Shown: positions 45,125-54,561, counted from the stretch's first letter. The stretch is 64,000 nt of DNA from Dethiobacter sp. (GCA_003605065.1 QZJM01000070.1:6382-70381); one strand, 5' to 3'. Notes: a model not told the origin generated them from the sequence alone. Translations and numbers: made by a program.

Positions 45125-45721
45125 TTGGGTGTTTTTCTCGTGATATTTTCTTATTTATTGGGTTCTATTTCTTTTAGCTATTTGCTTTCTAAAGGAATAA
45201 AAGGGGTGGACATCCGTAAAGTGGGAAGCGGCAATGCGGGCGCTACCAATATCTCCAGGGTTTTAGGCTTAAAATTTGCCGTACTGGTCTTATTCCTGGA
45301 CGCTTTAAAGGGACTTATTGTTATTCTCCTGGCCTCTCACCTCACCACGGAAAGCCGGCTTATCCTGCTGTGTGGTGGAACTGTAATCATTGGTCACAAC
45401 TGGCCTGTATTTTTTAACTTTAAGGGTGGGCGTGGTGCTGCCACAACACTGGGTGTTTTTTTCGGGTTAGCACCCATACCGACACTGTTTGTATTTTTAC
45501 TTTTTATAATAATTATCCTGTTAACGCGCTATGTATCCCTTGGTTCTATTATAGGGGCAATAGCTATTCCAGTGGCCATGTTACTTTTACATTATCCCCG
45601 TGATTATTTTATTTTCGGGCTGTTAGTTTGCCTGCTGCTGCTGTGGAGACATTTTTCCAATATCAAGAGGCTTATACAGGGTAAAGAATCTAAATTGGGC
45701 GAAAAGGCTAACAATTATTAA
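45125..45721 (+). CDS. plsY: Glycerol-3-phosphate acyltransferase PlsY
   Basis: SYLLGSI, GSGNAGATN, DALKG, GHNWPVF..FKGGRG.AT, RHFSNIKRL..GKE. Confidence 0.95.
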   Translation: MGVFLVIFSYLLGSISFSYLLSKGIKGVDIRKVGSGNAGATNISRVLGLKFAVLVLFLDALKGLIVILLASHLTTESRLILLCGGTVIIGHNWPVFFNFKGGRGAATTLGVFFGLAPIPTLFVFLLFIIIILLTRYVSLGSIIGAIAIPVAMLLLHYPRDYFIFGLLVCLLLLWRHFSNIKRLIQGKESKLGEKANNY

Positions 45722-45743
45722 TTAAAAAGAAAGGTAAGTACCC

Positions 45744-46760
45744 ATGAACATAGGTGTTATCGGAGCGGGAAGCTGGGGAACATCCCTGGCCATACTGCTG
45801 GGAGATAAAGGCTTTAATGTTACCCTCTGGGTGCGGAGAGAAGAATTACTACAAAAAATGGTACAAGCCCGTGAAAACAGCGATTATTTACCGGGTGTTA
45901 CTTTGCTTGCAGGGATAAAATTGACCCATAATCTGCCAAATGCTGTTCATGGGAAAGATTTAATTGTTCTGGCCGTTCCTTCCCACGTTGTCGGAGAGAT
46001 CGTAGCCAAAATTAAAGTTTTTATACAAGAGGAAACTGTTATTGTCAATACGGCCAAAGGTCTGGCTGAAAGGTCTTTAAAACGCTTGTCCGAAGTAATC
46101 ATGGAGGGGCTTTGGCCTGATATTCCCTGTAAGGTTGCTATTTTATCGGGACCCAACCATGCGGAGGAAGTAAGCCGCTTTATACCGACGGTGACCGTAG
46201 TCGCTGCCAACGATCAGACCGTGGCGGAAAAAGTGCAGGATATCTTTATGACGCCATATTTCAGGGTTTATACTAATCCTGATATCATAGGGGTAGAGCT
46301 GGGTGGGGCCCTTAAAAATATAATTGCTTTGGGAGCAGGGGTCTGTGACGGTTTAAATTACGGAGACAATACCAAAGCAGCTCTCTTAACAAGGGGTTTG
46401 GTGGAAATTACACGCCTGGGCCTCGCCCTGGGAGCCAGGCAGGGAACTTTCAGCGGCTTGACAGGGATAGGAGACCTTATTGTGACATGTACCAGTCCTC
46501 ACAGCAGAAACCGCTATGTGGGGATGATGTTGGGCAAAGGTCACTCCCTGGAAGAGATAACTGCTTCAATGAAGATGGTGGCGGAGGGGATTAAGACAAC
46601 CAGGGCTGCTTACGAGCTGTCCTGTAAATACGGTGTGGAAATGCCCATCACAAAAGAAGTATACTCAATTTTATTCCAGGGAAGAGAACCCCGGGAAGCG
46701 GTAAAGAACCTTATGAGGAGACAGAAGAAACATGAAATCGAAGAGATAGCTTTCGATTAG
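45744..46760 (+). CDS. gpsA: NAD(P)H-dependent glycerol-3-phosphate dehydrogenase
   Basis: GAGSWGT, NTAKG, LSGPNHAEE, GVELGGALKN, GDLIVTC.S.HSRN, VAEG. Confidence 0.97.
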   Translation: MNIGVIGAGSWGTSLAILLGDKGFNVTLWVRREELLQKMVQARENSDYLPGVTLLAGIKLTHNLPNAVHGKDLIVLAVPSHVVGEIVAKIKVFIQEETVIVNTAKGLAERSLKRLSEVIMEGLWPDIPCKVAILSGPNHAEEVSRFIPTVTVVAANDQTVAEKVQDIFMTPYFRVYTNPDIIGVELGGALKNIIALGAGVCDGLNYGDNTKAALLTRGLVEITRLGLALGARQGTFSGLTGIGDLIVTCTSPHSRNRYVGMMLGKGHSLEEITASMKMVAEGIKTTRAAYELSCKYGVEMPITKEVYSILFQGREPREAVKNLMRRQKKHEIEEIAFD

Positions 46761-46785
46761 GAGTCTTTGGTAAAACTTGCAGACT

Positions 46786-46891
46786 GAACAATGGTAACTT
46801 TTCCACTCAGAGTGGGAAAGGAGCGTACCATGTTAAGTTTGGAACATTTACATACATCGTTGTGACCCGCAGGGTCGTGGTAATTAAATAA
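46786..46891 (+). repeat. Dispersed hairpin element, copy B
   Basis: Starts GAACAATGG; ends CATCGTTGTGACCCGCAGGGTCGTGGTAATTAAATAA; longer interior than copy A with TTTCCACTC/GAGTGGGAAA hairpin. Confidence 0.8.
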
Positions 46892-46951
46892 GCATAAGCA
46901 TTGTGAACCTGTTATGTGATAAAAAACAGACAGGTTTTTCTTTATTTAATG

Positions 46952-46980
46952 TAATATTGTCCTTTTATCTTCATATAAAT
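46952..46980 (+). promoter_or_regulatory. Possible sigE-type promoter of spoIVA
   Basis: TAATATT ... CATATAAAT; spoIVA is sigE-dependent in B. subtilis. Confidence 0.45.
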
Positions 46981-47038
46981 ATAACGTTAAAACATTTCTT
47001 GTTGTAACTTTGCCTGTAATTAAAGGAGGGGAGAAGTT

Positions 47039-48514
47039 GTGAAGTTCGACCTTTTTAAGGATATTATCGAACGAACTGGAGGTGATATTTATTTAGGTGT
47101 TGTAGGTCCGGTCAGAACGGGTAAATCAACCTTTATTAAAAAGTTTATGGAAATGCTTGTTCTCCCCAATATCGATAACCCTCACGTTTTGGAAAGAACC
47201 AAGGATGAATTGCCCCAGGGCAGTGCCGGTAAGACGATTATGACTACCGAACCGAAATTTATTCCGGATGAGGCTATAGAAATCAAGTTAGCAGAAAATA
47301 TCACGATGAGAGTAAGACTGGTAGACTGTGTAGGTTACACTGTCCCCGGAGCGGTGGGTTACGATGATGAGGGGAAACGTCGCATGGTTTCCACTCCCTG
47401 GTTTGACGAACCAATTCCGTTTGAAGAAGCTGCAGAGACTGGTACCCGCAAGGTTATACAGGACCATTCCACCATAGGAATCGTTGTTACTACTGATGGG
47501 ACAATTACGGATATCTCCAGAGAAAGTTATGTGAATGCTGAAAAAAGAGTTGTTAACGAGCTAAAAGAAATTGGAAAGCCTTTTGTCGTAGTCCTTAATT
47601 CCACCAAACCTTTTTCCCAGAGCACATTACAGCTCAAAGATGAGCTCTCAGAGAAATATGAAGTGCCGGTTGTTTCTCTAAACTGCCTGGAATTGAGTGA
47701 GAGCGATATCAACCTTTTATTTAAAGAAGTCCTCTACGAGTTTCCTGTCCAGGAGATCAGTATAAATTTACCCCCCTGGGTTGAGGTGCTGGGGCCTTCT
47801 CATCAGGTGGCCGTTGAATACACTGATGCTATCCGGGAACATCTCCTCAGCGTAGAACGTTTAAGGGACGTTGAGGCTGCCGTGGAGGAAATTAAGAAGT
47901 ATGATATTGTGGAAGAGGTTTTTATCAGAAACATTGAACTGGGCAGCGGTTATGCTCTGGTTGAAATTACTGCTCCGCAGGCTCTCTATGAAAAGATACT
48001 TTCCGATATTTGTGGAGTGGAAATTGAAGACCAGGCCGACCTTTTAAGAGTAATGAAAGATTTTGCTTATGCCAGGAAAGAATATGATAAGATCGCACAG
48101 GCCCTGGAAGACGTTAAAGAAAAAGGTTACGGCATTGTGCCTCCTTTCCTGGAGGAAATTTCCCTGGAGGAACCGGAAATCATACGACAGGGAAGCCGTT
48201 TTGGTGTCCGCCTCCAGGCCAGCGCTCCCTCTTTGCATATTGTTCGCGTAGATATTAAATCGGAATTTACTCCTATTGTGGGGTCGGAGAAACAAAGTGA
48301 AGAACTGGTAAATTACCTTGTAGACGAATTTGCTGAAAATCCGGAAAAACTATGGGAATCAAATTTATTTGGGAAATCACTATATGAACTGGTAAAAGAC
48401 GGTATTTCCGGAAAATTAAGCAATATGCCGCCCAATGCCCAGCAAAAGCTGAGGGAGACCCTGGAGAAAATCATCAATGAAGGCAGCGGAGGCTTGATTG
48501 TTATAATCCTATAG
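47039..48514 (+). CDS. spoIVA: Stage IV sporulation protein A (coat morphogenetic ATPase)
   Basis: RTGGDIYLGVVGPVRTGKSTFIKKF, GKTIMTTEPKF, DHSTIGIVVTTDG, C-terminal NEGSGGLIVIIL. Confidence 0.98.
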   Translation: MKFDLFKDIIERTGGDIYLGVVGPVRTGKSTFIKKFMEMLVLPNIDNPHVLERTKDELPQGSAGKTIMTTEPKFIPDEAIEIKLAENITMRVRLVDCVGYTVPGAVGYDDEGKRRMVSTPWFDEPIPFEEAAETGTRKVIQDHSTIGIVVTTDGTITDISRESYVNAEKRVVNELKEIGKPFVVVLNSTKPFSQSTLQLKDELSEKYEVPVVSLNCLELSESDINLLFKEVLYEFPVQEISINLPPWVEVLGPSHQVAVEYTDAIREHLLSVERLRDVEAAVEEIKKYDIVEEVFIRNIELGSGYALVEITAPQALYEKILSDICGVEIEDQADLLRVMKDFAYARKEYDKIAQALEDVKEKGYGIVPPFLEEISLEEPEIIRQGSRFGVRLQASAPSLHIVRVDIKSEFTPIVGSEKQSEELVNYLVDEFAENPEKLWESNLFGKSLYELVKDGISGKLSNMPPNAQQKLRETLEKIINEGSGGLIVIIL

Positions 48515-48559
48515 TATTCTGGGTGTGTATATTAATAATAAAATGGAACTTCAAGAAAG

Positions 48560-48588
48560 AAGCACTTCTTGCAGAGAGGTGCTTTTTT
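48560..48588 (+). terminator. Rho-independent terminator after spoIVA
   Basis: AAGCACTTCT-TGCAG-AGAGGTGCTT plus T run. Confidence 0.75.
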
Positions 48589-48697
48589 GTTTAAATTGTG
48601 TAAAAGAGGTTAATTAAAGGTGGCCGGCTCCTGATCTTTCATCCAAAATAAAAGGTGAAAATATTTCTATAATACTATAATTTTGAACAGCGGTTTC

Positions 48698-49624
48698 TTA
48701 CACCAAAACCTGTAAGGCCTGAGGAAGTATTTCAATTTCCACGGGAGCTTTCCCGGGTTGTTCGCCGTCAAGTTCCAGCAGAACGTCCTCAGGCGAAGTG
48801 ATGAATACTTTTTTAGCCCGCATAAATTCTACACCGCTGATGGATAGATGTGTCCCTTTATAAACCCGGGAAAGATTAGCCAAAAGTTTTATTTTACTCA
48901 TGTCATGTATAAAAAGAACATCAAGAAGAGCATCGTCCGGTTCGGCCAGGGGTGCTATTTTCATTCCACCGCCGAAATATTGACCATTAGCAAGGACTAA
49001 AGTAGTAATTTTACCCTGTCTTTTAATTTTTCCATCAATAACTGCCGATATTTCTTTGTTTTTATAAAGAAAAAGGGAAACGATCGTCCCATAAATAAAG
49101 GAAAGTCTCCCTCCCAGGATTTTGGAGGTTTTGTTCACACGGGCAGCCGTTTCTCCTCCCAGACCTATATCCGTGATATTGCAGAAATAGCGGCTGGTTT
49201 TTTCACCATTCGGAAGGACAAAGCGGGCCAATCCTAGATCGATAAGGCGACTTTTTCCTCTGATTAATGTTTCCACGGCCCGGTTAATTTCTCTTGGTAT
49301 GCCCAGAGTTCTGATAAAATCGCTGCCGGTACCAACAGAAATAATTCCCAGAACACTTCTATTTCTTTTATTATATTCAACTTCAAAAAAACCGTTTACT
49401 ACTTCATTTAAAGTACCGTCTCCACCTACACAGACCAGGGTTTTGTACTCATCATTTAAAGCTTTCTGTGTAATAACAGTTGCTTTCCCGGGCCCACCGG
49501 TCGCCCTAAAGTCGAAATGTAGCCCCTTTGCCTGCATAATATTTTTGATATAAGGCCAGCGCCGTCCTGTTTTTCCGTTTGCTGCGGCGGGGTTAACGAC
49601 TACCATCATTCTGTTATCATCCAT
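48698..49624 (-). CDS. Diacylglycerol/lipid kinase family protein (YegS/BmrU type)
   Basis: NPAAANG, GGDGTLNEVVNG, GTGSDF, NGQYFGGGM, LDGE. Confidence 0.9.
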   Translation of the reverse strand: MDDNRMMVVVNPAAANGKTGRRWPYIKNIMQAKGLHFDFRATGGPGKATVITQKALNDEYKTLVCVGGDGTLNEVVNGFFEVEYNKRNRSVLGIISVGTGSDFIRTLGIPREINRAVETLIRGKSRLIDLGLARFVLPNGEKTSRYFCNITDIGLGGETAARVNKTSKILGGRLSFIYGTIVSLFLYKNKEISAVIDGKIKRQGKITTLVLANGQYFGGGMKIAPLAEPDDALLDVLFIHDMSKIKLLANLSRVYKGTHLSISGVEFMRAKKVFITSPEDVLLELDGEQPGKAPVEIEILPQALQVLV

Positions 49625-49858
49625 GCTTATGTACTCCTGTATTATTTATAAACCTGTTTTCAGATTTGATATATTATTCGCCGGGGGTTTATTTATTCCT
49701 GCATTTCAAAAATTTTGAGATAGCTTTTAATGCTTTCATTAAACAGTAAAAGGAAATATAGTAAATATAATGCTTTTTCAGGAATATAATTCATGTTGTG
49801 ACAGCTGCGGATGGTTGATATAATTCAACCGAATAAAGAAAAGAAAGGGGGAAACCCG

Positions 49859-50887
49859 ATGCGATTCCTTGCCAATTTATTTGCCGGGAAAATCTGTATT
49901 GATCCTGGTACTGTTAATACTTCGGTTTTCATTAAAGGTAAAGGAATCGTGCTGCGCCAGCCTTCAGTAGTAGCATTGCAAAATAATGGTTCGGTATTGG
50001 CTGTTGGTGACGAAGCTAAAAAAATGATTGGGCGTACTCCCCAAAATATTACGATAGTCAGGCCTATTAAGAACGGTGTTGTGGCCAATTTTGATTTAAC
50101 CAGGATTATGTTTAAGCATTTTTTCTCTAAATTATTTTACCTGCATGCTGTTCCCATACCACAAGTCACCGTTCCGCTTTCCCTCGGCGTTACAGATATA
50201 GAAAGAAGAGCATTACAAGAAGCTATCAAACAGGCTGGAGCAAAAGAAGTAACTTTTATTGAAGCCCCCATGGCTGCTGCATTAGGTGCAAATTTACCAG
50301 TAGATGATTACAGGGGAGCTATGATCGTAAATCTAGGGGGAGGAACATCCGAAGTCGCCGTTATCTCACTGGGGGGCATTGTAACCAGCAGCTGCCTTCG
50401 TTTTGGTGGAGAAAATATGGATGAAACCATCATAAAGTATATCAGAAAAAAACATTACCTGGTGATCGGGGAAAGAACGGCAGAAGAAATTAAAATTACA
50501 ATTGGTTCGTCCTGCTGTAGGGCAGAGGAATATATGGATATCAGGGGCAAGGATCTGATCAGTAGATTACCCGGATCTCTTACCATAAGTTCCAGTGAAA
50601 TACAAAAGGTCCTGGCTGAGAACATTGCGGTTATTTTAAAAAACATAAGGGATACCCTGGAGAGAACGCCACTGGAATTAGCATTTGATATTATGAAAAC
50701 AGGCATCACCTTGACCGGCGGAGGGGCTCTTCTGAAAGGTTTTAGCAAAGCAGTGGCAGAGGCTACGGGGATGCCTGCACAACTGGCAGAAAAACCCCTG
50801 GACTGCAACGTTTTGGGTGCAGGGAAAATTGTTAAAGATCCGGAACTTTTTAAAAAAATAGCGGTTATTCCCCAGGAAGCCCCGTAA
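49859..50887 (+). CDS. mreB: MreB/Mbl family actin-like protein, orphan paralog with altered catalytic residues
   Basis: IDPGTVNT, PSVVA, MIGRTP, IEAPMAAALGA, VNLGGGTSEVAVISLGG, IGERTAEEIK, GITLTGGGALL; no mreC/mreD adjacent; ATG 49859 behind AAAGGGGG. Confidence 0.88.
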   Translation: MRFLANLFAGKICIDPGTVNTSVFIKGKGIVLRQPSVVALQNNGSVLAVGDEAKKMIGRTPQNITIVRPIKNGVVANFDLTRIMFKHFFSKLFYLHAVPIPQVTVPLSLGVTDIERRALQEAIKQAGAKEVTFIEAPMAAALGANLPVDDYRGAMIVNLGGGTSEVAVISLGGIVTSSCLRFGGENMDETIIKYIRKKHYLVIGERTAEEIKITIGSSCCRAEEYMDIRGKDLISRLPGSLTISSSEIQKVLAENIAVILKNIRDTLERTPLELAFDIMKTGITLTGGGALLKGFSKAVAEATGMPAQLAEKPLDCNVLGAGKIVKDPELFKKIAVIPQEAP

Positions 50888-51044
50888 ATCAGGTTTTTTG
50901 TAATTGTGAATTCTTTATTTAAGGAACAAAATAACAGGTTTAAACGTCTTATTTTATAGAACACAGGAAGAGGGGAAAAATTTTTACCGGCTGCCCGAAT
51001 TAATAATTAAAAACGTGCTATGAAAAGCCAAAGGAGGAAAAACC

Positions 51045-51719
51045 ATGAAAAGACTATTTATCGTTTTCCTGACAATTGCAACTGCTTTATTATTTGCCGG
51101 ATGCGGAACGGTTAACAAGCCCGGTGCCACGGAACCTCTGGAGTATGAAATTGTGGAAGAAACTGATTCTCTGCCTCAGGATATTAGCGGCATTATCGAG
51201 CACTTAAAAATCCACCGGGGATATTTTGTCTTTACCCCGCAAGACTATGATACGGGAAAAGATATTTACTTATTGATCTCTTCAGGAGAAAAACCTACCG
51301 GTGGTTATACTATCGAAGTGGATTCTTTAATTGTCCAGAACGGAGCCCTAAAAATAACAGTTGAAGAAAGGAAACCTGCCAAAGAAGACTTGGTGATTCA
51401 AGTCTTAACATATCCCTTTGTCGTAGTAAAAATTTTTGATTCTTATGAAAACTACAACATCATAAATAAAGAAAATATTAAGTTTGAAGAAATATCTTCT
51501 GAAAGTATCCCTTTGATTATAGAGAAAAGCGGAAAATATGTTGGCCAGATTGATAATAATTTTATAGAAATAGAAGTTGACGGCAAGGCGATGTCATTTA
51601 TGATATCACAGGAATTTTCCCCGTTTCTTGAACTTCTGAATACAGGAGACAATATTCTATTCTCTTATTATGAAAATGCCAACGGGCAGCTGGAAATTAC
51701 CAACCTGAATAATACATAA
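51045..51719 (+). CDS. Lipoprotein with PrcB C-terminal-like domain
   Basis: Lipobox LFAGC; SSGEKPTGGYTIEV...V.QVLTYPFVVVK PrcB-like motif; extra C-terminal beta-rich domain; AAGGAGG RBS. Confidence 0.8.
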   Translation: MKRLFIVFLTIATALLFAGCGTVNKPGATEPLEYEIVEETDSLPQDISGIIEHLKIHRGYFVFTPQDYDTGKDIYLLISSGEKPTGGYTIEVDSLIVQNGALKITVEERKPAKEDLVIQVLTYPFVVVKIFDSYENYNIINKENIKFEEISSESIPLIIEKSGKYVGQIDNNFIEIEVDGKAMSFMISQEFSPFLELLNTGDNILFSYYENANGQLEITNLNNT

Positions 51720-51721
51720 GC

Positions 51722-51862
51722 ATGGATCCCTATGATGCCACATTTTACCAGATCAGGGGTATTATTTACGAAAAACGGGGTCAGCCTGAAAAGGCCATAC
51801 TTGATTTCTGTAAAGCTGTTATTTTAACTACTCCTATTTATTTATTGTTCCCGTGCATTTAA
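51722..51862 (+). pseudogene. Single-TPR-motif ORF / TPR gene remnant (46 aa)
   Basis: ATG 51722: MDPYDATFYQIRGIIYEKRGQPEKAILDFCKAVILTTPIYLLFPCI*; fits TPR spacing; below the ORF-track cut-off; no RBS of its own. Confidence 0.55.
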
Positions 51863-52748
51863 CCGCGCAAGCGGAAGTATGTGGCGCTTTACCTTTAAAC
51901 AGGATGGGCAGCACACAGCGTGCAGTAACGGCAGTAAGCACCACCACTCCCCCCACCAGGGCCCAGAGGCCCGGAGTTTCCGCGATGAACAACAATACCC
52001 AAACGGGATTAAGTATTGGTTCAACTACAGGTATCAGGATCGCGTCAAGTGCCGTTACATGTTTAATGGCGATAGAGTAAAGGATATATGACAGTCCCAG
52101 TTGAAACACACCCAGCACTGAGAGAACGATCCATCCTGTCAGATCCGGCAGCTGCTGGCCGGGCAAGAAAGGTATCGCAATTAGTGCCGTGAGAATGTTA
52201 CCGAAAAACACCGATTCCAGCGGGGAATCGTTTTTTTGTTTACGCAAGAAAAGAATAAGGGCCGCAAAACTTAAACCGCTCAAAATGGCCATGATATTGC
52301 CCAGCATGTTGCCGGGGGTCAAATCGTCCCTAAAGAAAAGAAACATTCCTGCGATCACAGTAAGAACAGTAACCCAGTCCGCCGGCCCTGTGCGCTCTTT
52401 CAAGAACCAGGCACCAAACAGAGCTACATAGACTGGTGCCGTATACTGCAGCAGTATGGCATTGGCTGCCGTTGTCATTTTGGTTGCAGCCACAAACAAA
52501 ATTACTGTGGCAGCATAGGCCACGGCCCCACCAATCTGCGCTGTGGTTCCCCTCCATTTGGGTTTGCGAATTACGGTCAAAAATAATAGCGATGCAATGG
52601 CACTACGTGTACCTGCTATGGCAATGGGGTGCCAGGGAACCAGTTTAATCAGAATTCCACCCATGCTCCATAACACCGCGGTGATAACAAGGTAAATGAC
52701 GGCTCTGGAGCGTCCGAAATCTTTCCCTGTGGCCAGCAAACTTACCAT
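51834..52748 (-). CDS. EamA/DMT family transporter
   Basis: Ten-TM-like pattern in two repeats; LWSMGG, ANAILLQYTAP, VFQLGLSY, EPILNPVWV. Confidence 0.9.
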   Translation of the reverse strand: MVSLLATGKDFGRSRAVIYLVITAVLWSMGGILIKLVPWHPIAIAGTRSAIASLLFLTVIRKPKWRGTTAQIGGAVAYAATVILFVAATKMTTAANAILLQYTAPVYVALFGAWFLKERTGPADWVTVLTVIAGMFLFFRDDLTPGNMLGNIMAILSGLSFAALILFLRKQKNDSPLESVFFGNILTALIAIPFLPGQQLPDLTGWIVLSVLGVFQLGLSYILYSIAIKHVTALDAILIPVVEPILNPVWVLLFIAETPGLWALVGGVVVLTAVTARCVLPILFKGKAPHTSACAVKCTGTINK

Positions 52749-52838
52749 TTAATTATCCCTTTTTAAGTGTATTTAATTAAAAGTCTCGCCTTACATCTTA
52801 TCATTTATATGGCAGGTGGGAAACCCCAAAAATATTAA

Positions 52839-52864
52839 AGGATTTCATATAGATCGTGTGGAAT
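52839..52864 (+). promoter_or_regulatory. Possible sigH-type promoter of the C69 peptidase gene
   Basis: AGGA, 18 nt, GAAT; shares CGTGTGGAATA with the xerD promoter. Confidence 0.45.
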
Positions 52865-52912
52865 ATGGCTTAAAGCCTATACCTCACTAAAACCAGGGTG
52901 GGAGGTATTTTC

Positions 52913-54247
52913 ATGTGCGACACCATGGTGGCTCTGGGTAATTCTACAAAGGATGGTTCGGTCATTTTTGCCAAAAACAGCGACCGACAGCCCAATGAAC
53001 CCCTGATCATGGTCAGAGTTCCCCGGAAGCAGTATCAAAAGGGTATGAAGGTCCAGTGTACTTATATTGAGATCGACCAGGCCGAAGAGACCTATGAAGT
53101 TTTTCTTTTAAAGCCTTCATGGATATGGGGATGTGAAATGGGCTGTAACGAATTCGGCCTCAATATAGGAAACGAAGCAGTCTTCACGAAGGAAAAGTAT
53201 GGAGAAGACAGGCTTCTGGGCATGGATATGATCCGCATTGCCCTGGAGAGGTGCAGGACAAGTGATGAGGCCCTTGAGATGATTATAGGGCTTTTAGGCA
53301 CATACGGCCAGGGGGGAAACTGCGGGTATGAAAAAAAGTTCACCTACCATAACTCCTTCCTTATTGCGGATAAGAGCTCTGCCTGGGTCCTGGAGACTGC
53401 CGGGGAATACTGGGCTGCAGAGAAGGTCAAAGATGTGAGGAGCATCTCAAACTGCCTGACCATCGGCAGCAGATTTGACAGGTGCCATCCTGATCTAGTC
53501 AAGCATGCTGTAGATAAGAGATGGTGCAAAGGTGAAGAGGATTTTAACTTTGCAAGGTGCTACAGTAACCATCTGATTACAAAATTCAGCGGTTCCCTAC
53601 AGAGGTTGAATACCGGTAAAAGCATCCTGGAAAAGGAAAAGGGACGTATAACTGCTGTCACTATGAAAAATATACTAAGGTGTCATGAAGACGGACTTGA
53701 GGGAAAGCAGTTTACAAAGCACTCGCTAAAAAGTATCTGTATGCACGCCGGCTTTCCAATAGGCGACCATACTACTGGAAGCTATATCGCAACTCTCAAT
53801 GAAAAAACATGCAGTTACCTGATAACAGGAAGCTCATCACCGTGCCTGGCTGTCTTTAAGCCCTTCTGGATGATAGATGGAGAACACTTCACTTTCAAAG
53901 AGGGTGAAGAGAAAGCCGCTATAGATTTCTGGAGAAAAAGAGAAAGGCTTCACAGGTATGTAATAGAAAACAGAATTCCCACCCTTGAGTCGTATCTGGT
54001 TGAAAGGGACAGCCTCGAAGAAAGTTTTGATAAAATAATAGCTTCCCTTGATTTTGATGTGAAAGATGAAGGCCGGTTATCAAAAATAATGAACTATACC
54101 ATGGACGCAGAAGAGAAGCTTATCGACAAGACCTTAAGCTCGGTCCTGGATAAGCCGGGAAAAATAAATGGGGGGCTTTACTTCAGGCATTACTGGAAAA
54201 AACAGACCGGTAACCTGTATAAACTAAGGACTGTAAAAAGATCATAA
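52913..54247 (+). CDS. Peptidase family C69 / secernin-like Ntn hydrolase
   Basis: M-C-D-T start (N-terminal Cys), FAKNSDRQPNE, WIWGCEMG.NEFG..IGNEAV, LLGMDMIRIALER, YHNSFLIAD; GGGAGG RBS. Confidence 0.85.
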   Translation: MCDTMVALGNSTKDGSVIFAKNSDRQPNEPLIMVRVPRKQYQKGMKVQCTYIEIDQAEETYEVFLLKPSWIWGCEMGCNEFGLNIGNEAVFTKEKYGEDRLLGMDMIRIALERCRTSDEALEMIIGLLGTYGQGGNCGYEKKFTYHNSFLIADKSSAWVLETAGEYWAAEKVKDVRSISNCLTIGSRFDRCHPDLVKHAVDKRWCKGEEDFNFARCYSNHLITKFSGSLQRLNTGKSILEKEKGRITAVTMKNILRCHEDGLEGKQFTKHSLKSICMHAGFPIGDHTTGSYIATLNEKTCSYLITGSSSPCLAVFKPFWMIDGEHFTFKEGEEKAAIDFWRKRERLHRYVIENRIPTLESYLVERDSLEESFDKIIASLDFDVKDEGRLSKIMNYTMDAEEKLIDKTLSSVLDKPGKINGGLYFRHYWKKQTGNLYKLRTVKRS

Positions 54248-54441
54248 GGGAATTGGAAAATGAAATTATTCAAATGGAAATTATTGCTGCTGATTTCCGA
54301 GATGCTTCAGAAGTGTATAAGATAGCAGTGAATCGATGCGTCATTAATTAATAATGCTCTTAAATTCGCGTAGGTAAAAGGAATCTTAACATTTTTGAAC
54401 TTCTTTCCTGGAAAGAAGTAAGTTTTTGCTTGTTTTTACAT

Positions 54442-54465
54442 AAAAGGCACTCTTTACGAGTGCCT
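54442..54465 (-). terminator. Terminator downstream of tRNA-Pro
   Basis: AGGCACTC-TTTAC-GAGTGCCT with A run on + (T run on -). Confidence 0.75.
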
Positions 54466-54474
54466 ATATTTTCA

Positions 54475-54551
54475 TGGTCGGAGCGACTGGATTTGAACCA
54501 GCGACCTCTTGACCCCCAGTCAAGCGCGCTACCAAGCTGCGCCACGCCCCG
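54475..54551 (-). tRNA. tRNA-Pro (anticodon GGG), CCA encoded
   Basis: Reverse complement CGGGGCGTGGCGCAGCTTGGTAGCGCGCTTGACTGGGGGTCAAGAGGTCGCTGGTTCAAATCCAGTCGCTCCGACCA, 77 nt; acceptor stem, CTTGA/TCAAG anticodon stem, GGTTCAAATCC T-arm. Confidence 0.97.
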
Positions 54552-54561
54552 TTAATTATTA

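Noticed and set aside
46795-46835. AGAGTGGGA hairpin resembling c-di-GMP-I P2
   Set aside because: Lacks the GAAA loop and the GCAAA junction; better explained as the interior of the dispersed element
54250-54350. Short open frame (ELENEIIQMEIIAADFRDASEVYKIAVNRCVIN) after the peptidase
   Set aside because: No convincing start/RBS or recognisable motif
54475-54500. att-like duplication of the tRNA-Pro 3' end
   Set aside because: No second copy seen in the window and no integrase nearby
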